This document shows, one piece after another, positions 46,959-55,800 of a stretch of DNA of 64,000 nt. The stretch's first letter is position 1; the number at the start of each line of letters is the position of its first letter. The notes beneath the pieces were generated by a model. It saw only the letters and a list, made by a program, of their open reading frames with translations, searched no databases and was not told the origin of the DNA. The translations under genes and the position numbers were made by a program. Source of the stretch: an uncultured Oscillospiraceae bacterium. GTDB lineage: Bacteria > Bacillota > Clostridia > UMGS1883. The stretch spans positions 6,763 to 70,762 of the forward strand of contig CAYLPQ010000004.1 in assembly GCA_964385605.1 (NCBI GenBank), given 5' to 3'.

Positions 46959-47300
46959 TTAAAGTCTTTCCTTAACTTTAGCTGCCTTACCAACTCTGTC
47001 ACGCAGATAGTACAGTTTAGCACGCTTAACTTTACCGTGTCTTACAACCTCAATGTGATCAAGGCTGGGTGAATTAACAGGGAATGTTCTCTCAACACCG
47101 ACACCGTATGAAAGACGTCTTACAGTAAATGTTTCCTGGATGCCGCCATGCTTCTTTGAGATAACAGTACCCTCAAACATCTGAAGTCTTTCCTTTGCAC
47201 CTTCCTTAACCTTTACGTAAAGCTTAACATAGTCACCTATTTCAAGCTTGGGAAGGTCTGTTCTGATCTGTTCCTGAGTAATCGCCTTTAAAACGTCCAC
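46959..47300 (-). CDS. rplS: 50S ribosomal protein L19
   Basis: 113 aa. GTG start 8 nt after AGGAG. Typical L19 sequence ([22 protein letters not shown]). Confidence 0.93.
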   Translation of the reverse strand: MDVLKAITQEQIRTDLPKLEIGDYVKLYVKVKEGAKERLQMFEGTVISKKHGGIQETFTVRRLSYGVGVERTFPVNSPSLDHIEVVRHGKVKRAKLYYLRDRVGKAAKVKERL

Positions 47301-47389
47301 TCAAATCGCTCCTTTCTCTCCCACAAAACAATGTGGTAAAAATAAAGCGTTCGTACGAAAGAAATGCAGAGGACCGCTTTTACCTGAAT

Positions 47390-47418
47390 ACTATAACACA
47401 CTTTTTTTACTAATGCAA
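47390..47418 (-). promoter_or_regulatory. promoter of rplS
   Basis: Minus strand TTGCAT (47418..47413), 17-nt spacer, TATAGT (47395..47390). This gives a leader of roughly 85 nt. Confidence 0.5.
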
Positions 47419-47435
47419 GTGTTTTTTTAATTTTT

Positions 47436-47738
47436 TTATGCTATTACATTATCCGCAACTATATCTTCCAGTGTGGAGGGTGTTACAACACACCTGCACA
47501 GCATATCAATAAACTTTTCCGCTTCCCTTTTAGTGGCAAAAATATTTTCCACGATTTTTCTCTCTTTCAGTGTTCTCTCTCCGGGGAGCTGCGTATACAT
47601 ATCTATACCTACTCCGTAGCGGATGCTTTCTTCTCTTTCACTGTGGTTTCTTTTTTCCATTGTAAAGTAATACAGTATAATTCTGTCTCCCATAATGCTT
47701 TCGGTTTCGGTCTGTCTGATGTACATTGGCTCATCCAT
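47436..47738 (-). CDS. small hypothetical protein (about 100 aa)
   Basis: The ORF is 138 aa in the track. GAAGGAGG lies 7 nt before the internal ATG at 47738 (MDEPMYIRQTE), which supports the shorter form. No recognisable motif. Confidence 0.55.
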   Translation of the reverse strand: MDEPMYIRQTETESIMGDRIILYYFTMEKRNHSEREESIRYGVGIDMYTQLPGERTLKERKIVENIFATKREAEKFIDMLCRCVVTPSTLEDIVADNVIA

Positions 47739-48029
47739 AAAGATGCCTCCTTCAATTATTGAGTTTTGTCTTAATTTTAGGGGTTTACGCAACTTTTGTC
47801 TACTGCTACTTTTTAACAAATATTTCATTCGTAATTTTACATATTTTTCCATTAAGTTTCAACAGTTTATTTTCTGTTTTTATGCATAAGATTTCAGAAT
47901 TTTGTAATATTTTGACGTAAATTTCTGATTTCAAACAGTTTTTCCATTTATCATGGGTGCGCAGTAAAATTTTTGCTTGAAATGAAGTTTATAATATATT
48001 ATAATTAAGTAGGTTAAGGAGTTAGAACT

Positions 48030-49919
48030 ATGTATAACGATTTTTTACCTGTTTCAAAAAGAGAAATGGATAGTCTTGGTTGGGATTATTACGACTTCCT
48101 TTTTATATCAGGCGATGCTTATGTAGACCACCCGTCATTCGGGACAGCACTTCTTGCAAGATGGCTCCAGTATAACGGCTACAGAATATGCATCTGCCCC
48201 CAGCCTGACAGAAATAACCCAAAGGCTCTTACATCTTATGGAGAGCCACGGCTTGGTGTTCTCATATCAGGCGGTGTCATTGACTCAATGGTTAATCACT
48301 ACACAGCATCAAAAAAGCCCCGTTCGGAGGATGTTTACTCTCCCGGAGGCAAAGCAGGTCTTCGTCCTGACAGATGCGTTATTGTATATTCAAATATGGC
48401 AAGGGCGGCTTTTGGCGATATACCTGTAATTATCGGCGGAACCGAGGCAAGTCTCAGGCGGTTTGCTCATTACGATTACTGGCAGGATAAGGTCAGACGG
48501 AGTGTTCTTGTGGATTCCGGTGCAGATATCCTCCTTTTCGGTATGGGCGAAAGGTCACTTCTGGAGGTTTGCGACAGACTTCGTGACGGCATTCCTGTAA
48601 AAAGAATAACCAATGTAAAAGGCAGTTGTTATATCTCTGACACTGTTCCGAAAAATTCTATTGTGCTCCCGTCCTTTGAAAAGGTCAGCACCGATAAGGA
48701 AAGCTATGCAAGAGCGGCGGCTACGGAATATTATGAGCAGGACAGTATCCGCGGAAAAACCCTTGTTCAGCAACACGGCGACAGATACCTTGTGCAGTTG
48801 CCGCAGTCTCCTCCCCTTTCACAAAAAGAAATGGACAAGGTATATTCGTTAAATTATATGCGCGCATGGCACCCGATATACGATAAAGATGGGGGAGTTC
48901 CTGCGCTCAGTGAGGTTAAGTTTTCAATCACTTCCTCAAGGGGATGTTTTGGAAGCTGTTCATTCTGCGCGCTGACATTCCATCAGGGCAGGGTTGTTCA
49001 GTCAAGAAGTCAACAATCAATCCTGGCAGAAGCTGAAAAGCTCATCTGGGAAGAGGACTTTAAGGGATATATCCACGATGTCGGCGGTCCTACAGCGAAC
49101 TTCCGTGCACCTGCCTGCAAAAAGCAGTTAAAGGCAGGCACCTGCCGTGACAGACAGTGTCTTTACCCGTCTGTTTGTCCCAATGCAGAGGTTGACCACA
49201 AGGATTACCTTGAACTGTTGCGTAAGCTACGCGCTCTTCCCCGGGTCAAAAAAGTATTTATAAGAAGCGGCATCCGTTACGACTACCTTATCGCGGACAA
49301 GGACGATACCTTCTTCCGTGAATTGTGCGAGCATCACGTAAGCGGTCAGCTTAAAGTAGCGCCGGAGCATATCAGTGACAATGTTCTTCGGTATATGGGA
49401 AAGCCCGGTGTAAAGCAATACGAAAAATTCTGTAAAAAGTTTTACGATATAAACAGAGAAATCGGCAAGGAGCAATACCTTGTTCCCTATCTGATGTCAA
49501 GCCATCCGGGAAGCACTCTCCGGGATGCAATAGAGCTTGCTGTGTATCTTAAACGTAATAATATACGTCCCGAGCAGGTACAGGACTTCTATCCCACCCC
49601 AGGAACACTTTCTACGGCGATGTTCTACACGGAGCTTGACCCCAGAACAATGAAAAAGGTGTACGTTCCCCGTACTCCTCACGAAAAGGCATTGCAGAGG
49701 GCGCTTCTGCAGTCTTCAAGGAAAGAGAATTACAAATTGGTGCACGAAGCACTTACCAAGGCAAAGCGGACTGACCTTATAGGTTTTGGCCCCGATTGTC
49801 TGATAAAACCTGAAAGGAGAATTCAAAATGGCGAAAATTTTGGACGGAAAAACGTTATCAGCAAGAATAAAGGAGGAAATAAGACAAGAGTCAGAAGAGC
49901 TCAAGGCAAAAGGCATTAA
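48030..49919 (+). CDS. YgiQ-family radical SAM protein (UPF0313)
   Basis: 629 aa. N-terminal [15 protein letters not shown]. Radical-SAM cysteine motif CFGSCSFC. Basic C-terminal tail. Confidence 0.88.
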   Translation: MYNDFLPVSKREMDSLGWDYYDFLFISGDAYVDHPSFGTALLARWLQYNGYRICICPQPDRNNPKALTSYGEPRLGVLISGGVIDSMVNHYTASKKPRSEDVYSPGGKAGLRPDRCVIVYSNMARAAFGDIPVIIGGTEASLRRFAHYDYWQDKVRRSVLVDSGADILLFGMGERSLLEVCDRLRDGIPVKRITNVKGSCYISDTVPKNSIVLPSFEKVSTDKESYARAAATEYYEQDSIRGKTLVQQHGDRYLVQLPQSPPLSQKEMDKVYSLNYMRAWHPIYDKDGGVPALSEVKFSITSSRGCFGSCSFCALTFHQGRVVQSRSQQSILAEAEKLIWEEDFKGYIHDVGGPTANFRAPACKKQLKAGTCRDRQCLYPSVCPNAEVDHKDYLELLRKLRALPRVKKVFIRSGIRYDYLIADKDDTFFRELCEHHVSGQLKVAPEHISDNVLRYMGKPGVKQYEKFCKKFYDINREIGKEQYLVPYLMSSHPGSTLRDAIELAVYLKRNNIRPEQVQDFYPTPGTLSTAMFYTELDPRTMKKVYVPRTPHEKALQRALLQSSRKENYKLVHEALTKAKRTDLIGFGPDCLIKPERRIQNGENFGRKNVISKNKGGNKTRVRRAQGKRH

Positions 49920-50682
49920 TCCCGGTCTTGCTGTAATTATTGTAGGCGACGACCCTGCAAGCCGTGTTTATGTAAATAATAAGAAAAAGGCATGTGAGGC
50001 ATGCGGTTTCTATTCAGAGGAGCATGCTCTACCTGCTGAAACTACCGAGGAAGAACTTCTTAAGCTCATTGATACTCTTAACAATCGCAAGGATATTAAC
50101 GGCATTCTTGTCCAGCTTCCTCTCCCCAAGGGTATTGATAGCGAAAAGGTGCTTCTTTCTATCTCTCCCGAAAAGGATGTTGATGCGTTCCACCCCGTAA
50201 ACGTAGGCAAAATTATGATTGGTAACTTCGATTTTCTTCCCTGCACACCTGCAGGTGTAATGGAGCTTATCCACCTTACAGACATCGACGTATGCGGCAA
50301 GGAATGTGTTGTAATAGGCAGAAGCAATATTGTAGGTAAACCCCAGGCAATGCTTCTTCTTCATGAGAATGCAACTGTTACAATATGTCACAGCCGCACA
50401 AAGGACCTTAAGGAAGTTACAAAGCGGGCAGACATCATTGTTGCCGCTGTAGGCAAAGCAAAATTTGTAACTGCGGATATGGTTAAAGAAGGTGCAATCG
50501 TAATCGACGTTGGTATGAACCGCGACGAAAACGGTAAGCTCTGCGGCGACGTGGATTATGAAAGTGTTGAGCCTGTTGCTTCTGCAATCACACCCGTTCC
50601 CGGAGGGGTTGGTCCAATGACCATTGCAATGCTTATGAAAAACACCATTAAAGCTGCTATTCTTCAAAACAACGAAAACTAA
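49828..50682 (+). CDS. folD: bifunctional methylenetetrahydrofolate dehydrogenase / methenyl-THF cyclohydrolase
   Basis: MAKILDGK start with an AAGGAG RBS. Motifs VQLPLP and GRSNIVGKP...PGGVGPMT. Confidence 0.93.
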   Translation: MAKILDGKTLSARIKEEIRQESEELKAKGINPGLAVIIVGDDPASRVYVNNKKKACEACGFYSEEHALPAETTEEELLKLIDTLNNRKDINGILVQLPLPKGIDSEKVLLSISPEKDVDAFHPVNVGKIMIGNFDFLPCTPAGVMELIHLTDIDVCGKECVVIGRSNIVGKPQAMLLLHENATVTICHSRTKDLKEVTKRADIIVAAVGKAKFVTADMVKEGAIVIDVGMNRDENGKLCGDVDYESVEPVASAITPVPGGVGPMTIAMLMKNTIKAAILQNNEN

Positions 50683-50719
50683 CACTTCAAAATATACTAA
50701 CTAAACGGAGGATGTGTAA

Positions 50720-52702
50720 ATGGCTAAAAAAAGCTACGGAAACGAAAGTATTACAGCCCTTAAGGGTGCTGACCGCGTACGAAAAAGACCGGGGGTTATT
50801 TTCGGTTCCGACGGACTTGAAGGCTGTCAGCACAGCGTATTCGAAATAATTTCAAACTCAATAGATGAAGCTAAAGAGGGCTACGGTAAGGTTATCGAGG
50901 TAACTCGTTATGCCGATATGTCTATAGAGGTAAAGGACTACGGCCGTGGTATTCCCCTGGACTGGAATCCCAAGGAGGAAAAGTATAACTGGGAGCTTGT
51001 ATTCTGCGAGCTTTACGCAGGCGGTAAGTATGACAAGGGCGAGGGTGAGAACTATCTCTACTCACTAGGTCTTAACGGTCTTGGTCTCTGTGCTACGCAG
51101 TACAGTGCCGAGTATATGAATGTTACCGTTAACCGCGACGGCTATGAGCACACTCTTTACTTTGAAAAAGGTGAAAACGTAGGCGGTCTCTACAAGGAAG
51201 AAAAGAAGTACCGCACTACAGGCACAGTTATCAAATGGCGCCCGGACCTTGAGGTGTTCACAGACATCAATATTCCTCTTGACTTTCTTACTTCTTCCCT
51301 TAAAAGGCAGGCAGTGGTAAATGCAGGTCTTACGTTCAAGCTTAATTACCACGACCCAAGCGGTGTTCAGCGGTTTGAATTCCGCTATGACAATGGTATT
51401 GTTGATTATATCAACGAAATTTGTCCCGAGGATGAGAAGCGAATTTCGACAACTGCTTTCTACGAGGGTGAACGTACTGGTCGTGACCGTGAGGATATGA
51501 AGGATTACAAGGTTAAGCTCAGTGCGGCATTTGCGTTTTCAAACGATGTGCAGATGATTGAGTATTACCATAACTCAAGCTTTCTTGAACACGGCGGAGC
51601 ACCTGACAAGGCCGCAAGAAGTGCTTTTGTAAGTGCCGTTGACGCATACCTTAAACAAAACAATAAATATGCAAAGAATGAGGCGAAAATTACATTCAAC
51701 GATATTTCTGACAGTCTTATTCTTGTTACAAACTGTTTTTCAACCGTAGTAAGCTACGAAAATCAGACAAAGAAGAGTATTACAAACAAATTTATTCAGG
51801 AGGCTATGACAGACTTTCTCCGTAAAAATCTTGATATTTACTTTATAGAAAACCGCCCCGAGGCTGAAAAAATCTGCAATCAGGTGCTCGTAAACAAGCG
51901 CAGCCGTGAACAGGCTGAAAAGACACGTACCACCATTAAAAAGAAGCTTACAGGCTCTATGGACGTAACCAACCGTGTGCAGAAATTCGTTGACTGCCGT
52001 ACAAAGGATATAACACGCAGAGAGCTTTATATAGTGGAGGGTGACTCGGCTCTTGGTGCTTGTAAACTTGGCAGAGATGCGGAGTTTCAGGCGATTATTC
52101 CCGTAAGAGGTAAGATACTTAACTGTCTTAAGGCAGATTTTGAAAAAATCTTCAAGAGCGAAATCATTACAGACCTTATTAAGGTTATAGGTTGCGGTGT
52201 CGAGCTCAAAACGAAGCATAACAAGGATATGAATGCTTTTGATATGGCAAATCTTCGTTGGGATAAAATCATTATCTGTACCGATGCCGATGTTGACGGT
52301 TTCCAGATAAGAACACTTATTCTGACGATGCTTTACACTCTTGTCCCCACACTTATTGACGAGGGCAAGGTGTTTATCGCAGAATCGCCTCTTTTTGAAA
52401 TTGTCCACAAGGACGTTTCCTACTTTGCATATAATGAAAAGGAAAAGACAGAAATCCTTGCCCAGCTTCCCGAAAAGGGTGTGTCTATCCAGAGAAGTAA
52501 AGGTCTTGGTGAAAATCAGCCCGATATGATGTGGCAGACAACTATGAATCCCGAAACCCGTCGCCTTATTAAGGTTATGCCTGATGAGGCTGAAAAAACC
52601 GCAGAGGTATTTGAGCTTCTCCTCGGCAACAACCTCCAGGGCAGAAAAGAATATATCGCAAAATATGGCAAGGACTATATTGAAATGACAGATATTAGCT
52701 AA
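50720..52702 (+). CDS. type IIA DNA topoisomerase subunit B (GyrB/ParE family, divergent), no adjacent A subunit
   Basis: 660 aa. GHKL ATPase (EIISNSIDE, GLNGLGL), QTK loop, and Toprim motifs EGDSALG, PVRGKILN, ICTDADVDG. Confidence 0.85.
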   Translation: MAKKSYGNESITALKGADRVRKRPGVIFGSDGLEGCQHSVFEIISNSIDEAKEGYGKVIEVTRYADMSIEVKDYGRGIPLDWNPKEEKYNWELVFCELYAGGKYDKGEGENYLYSLGLNGLGLCATQYSAEYMNVTVNRDGYEHTLYFEKGENVGGLYKEEKKYRTTGTVIKWRPDLEVFTDINIPLDFLTSSLKRQAVVNAGLTFKLNYHDPSGVQRFEFRYDNGIVDYINEICPEDEKRISTTAFYEGERTGRDREDMKDYKVKLSAAFAFSNDVQMIEYYHNSSFLEHGGAPDKAARSAFVSAVDAYLKQNNKYAKNEAKITFNDISDSLILVTNCFSTVVSYENQTKKSITNKFIQEAMTDFLRKNLDIYFIENRPEAEKICNQVLVNKRSREQAEKTRTTIKKKLTGSMDVTNRVQKFVDCRTKDITRRELYIVEGDSALGACKLGRDAEFQAIIPVRGKILNCLKADFEKIFKSEIITDLIKVIGCGVELKTKHNKDMNAFDMANLRWDKIIICTDADVDGFQIRTLILTMLYTLVPTLIDEGKVFIAESPLFEIVHKDVSYFAYNEKEKTEILAQLPEKGVSIQRSKGLGENQPDMMWQTTMNPETRRLIKVMPDEAEKTAEVFELLLGNNLQGRKEYIAKYGKDYIEMTDIS

Positions 52703-52799
52703 TGGCGGGATGTTAAAAATGCCCGGAACACACAAAGCAAAAATAAAATCTTTTTGCTAAATAAATACGTTACATTGGTGTAATTTCCCACATATTAAA

Positions 52800-52836
52800 C
52801 AAAAAACAGGTTTGAAAAATCAAACCTGTTTTTTTG
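52800..52836. terminator. bidirectional intrinsic terminator
   Basis: AACAGGTTTG-AAAAAT-CAAACCTGTT hairpin, flanked by A6 and T7. Confidence 0.8.
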
Positions 52837-52837
52837 T

Positions 52838-55800
52838 TTAACTGATTGGTGTTTCTTCATACACACATAGTGGCGCAGTTGAATTTTTATCCCATACAAA
52901 AGCTTTTATTTTTTCTAACTTATCAAGCGGCACTATTATTTGCCCTGCGCCGTTTGTCAGGACAACAGGCTGAACAGAAACAAGCTTTTTATCGGTATCA
53001 TATGCCGCAATGTACACTACCGCACCGTCAGGAACATTTAATGTTCCTATATCTATAAGACCGTATATACCCATATCATTTACGGTCAATGCTGTAATTT
53101 GTACTTCTTCAGTGTCACTATCACCATCTTCGCCGCCGGTGTGTTCATCGACAGGTTCTTCACAGGTTGTGAAAGATTTTATTTCGCCTCTCTCCGTCAT
53201 CTGATAATAATAGGTCGTTTCTGCCGCGAGATCCATAAGCTCTGTAGTATAATCACCGCTACCGCTTTCAACTTCAGTTACATACACAGTGTCAACATCG
53301 TCTGCACTCCAATAGCGAATATATTTTACTGCATTTTCATCTTCGCCTGAAACAGAACCGCTAACTACAGCAAAATAATCTCCCACATCTTCCGCATCAT
53401 TTGTTGTAGCTACAACATCCGTACTTATGCTTGTTACATCCATTGTTATCACAGAATCTTCAGTCAATATAAAGCTGTTTCCGGCAACCTCCTCGCCGTT
53501 TACATAAATGCTATCTACAGTATAGTCACTATCTGCTACTGCATTGACTTGTATTTCTTCGCCATCATTTGCAGTAATAGAGCTGTCATTACTTGCCAAA
53601 AGTGCCATTGCACTCATAAGCATAGGAGTCGCCGCATCTGCATTAACCAGTGATGCATTTACGTTTTCGTTTGCAGCTATGCTTACATCAAACACAGGAA
53701 TTTCCTCTGCGAATGTAACATAAACCTCATCATTACCGTCAACAACGAATGTTGTGCCATCCTGTTCTACACCATCAACATAAACTTTATTTAAGATATA
53801 ACCATCATTAGGTGTTGCAGTGATAGTTACTACCTCACCATCAACAGCTTGTGTTTTGTCAATTGTAACACTTCCGTTTTCAATATCATCGGATATTGTG
53901 ATGTCATTTAAACAGTTATAGTAAAGCTCGGGTAATTTACCATTTTCAAGCACCCAAACAGCTTTATTATCGTTTGCTACATTTGCAACAGATGTATATG
54001 GTGTTAAGCCAAGCAGATTTGTATAAAATGGAACATTCATTGATATTTCAGACCTTGCAGTACCTGTTGAGTCAATTGAATTGTTTGATGATGTAACATT
54101 CATTTCCGTGTTATAGTAAGCATTATTAAAGATAAAATACCCGTTATTGTTAGCAACTATATTTCCTACCTTATGCGAGGAACTTATACCATCAGCAATT
54201 GATATTACATTCTGTGCAACAGAACTTGCGCCCGAGCTGCCGCTTGCACTCCCCAAAATTCCGCCAACATTTGCATTACTGCTTCCACTGCCTGACAAAT
54301 TACCGTTGATATTTGCAAACGAACGATTTATTGCGGAATTGTCTGTATCAACAATGGCTGCTATTTTGTATGTTTTGTAAGTTTCTTCAAGAGCGTTCAA
54401 ATATGGATAACCGTTATTTATATTACTCCTTGCCCATAAATCACTACTTAAATAAGATAAATCTAATGACATTGGGCTGGCCGTAAAATGTGCTGAATCC
54501 TTCACTCCAACATGATTAATCTCCGCATATGAACCTAAACTGCCAACAAAATTTAACCCTCTTGCATCATAAATTGTATAAAATTTTTCGATATTTGTTA
54601 TGTTATAATCGGTTCCTTCTGCCGATCCAACTATAGCACCTAAATTTGTATCGCAATATGCTTTTCCAATATTGTATCCGCCATTTAAGTCCGAACAATA
54701 CATTTGACCTATGATCCCTGCAACCTCACGTGTTCCATCTTTCAAAGTTCCAGAATTATGAACATCTCTTATATAACCATATTTAATACTTCCAACTATT
54801 CCACCTGTTTGATAAGAAGCTTTTATGTCCCCGGCATTATAAGATCTATAAATGTACGACCCACTTGCATATCCACATATACCGCCACCACAACTACCAC
54901 TTGTCCGTATATATCCGTAGTTGCAACAATATGTTATTGTACTATCAATAAATTTACCTACTATTCCACCGCAGAAACCATATCCTTTTATATCACCATA
55001 ATTTATACATTCATTAATTTGTGACCCCTCAGCATATCCAATCAAACCACCAACATTTTGTTTACCCTTAACATTACGACCATAATTCACACAACCATAA
55101 ATCTCACTGTTATATGAACGACCACTAATAAATCCAATGTAATGATATAAAAAATTATTATTATCCACTACCGAATTAATCATGCTCTTTTTTATTACTA
55201 TAGAAGAAACGACTCCATTTTTTATGCACCCAAACAACCCTCTATCGCACTCAACCTCATTGTTAATAAATAGACCATAGACGGTATGATCTAATCCATC
55301 AAACCGACCAGCAAATGGAGTTGTATCACAACCCATCGGTTTCCAATTGTTCTTTGGTGGTATTGTATCCCAATTCTCCCAATTTGTTGTATCGTTCAAA
55401 TAAATATCATTTGCAAGTTCAATGGTATATCCGCTAAAGGTTATATCTGTCGGAAAGTTTGTTCCGCTTGTAATCACTCCATTTGTTACATCAGACACCC
55501 ATGCAAGTTCTTCGCCGTTTGTAATTGTATAGGTTTTAGCATTTGCATTATAGGCAGGCTCTTTTGATGTACCATCCCAAATGTCAGGAGCATCATCTCC
55601 CTCTTCCCATTTTGCATAAAGTGTCATATCGCTTGCAACCGTTTGCGAAAAATCATAGAGAGTTGTCATTCCCGCATCGATATACCATGTTGCTTTATAT
55701 CCATCTTTTGTTGGCAAATCTGCTTTACTTAATGAAAGACCTCCATTTACACTTACAGTCGGGTTTGTTTTTGCTGTTGCTGTACCCACTAAACCACCAA

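Noticed and set aside
47301-47389. I considered whether the rplS 5' leader is the Firmicute L19 leader RNA.
   Set aside because: It is plausible from position, with a leader of roughly 85 nt behind a TTGCAT-17-TATAGT promoter. I cannot verify the conserved structure without a covariance-model search, so I do not report it as a feature.
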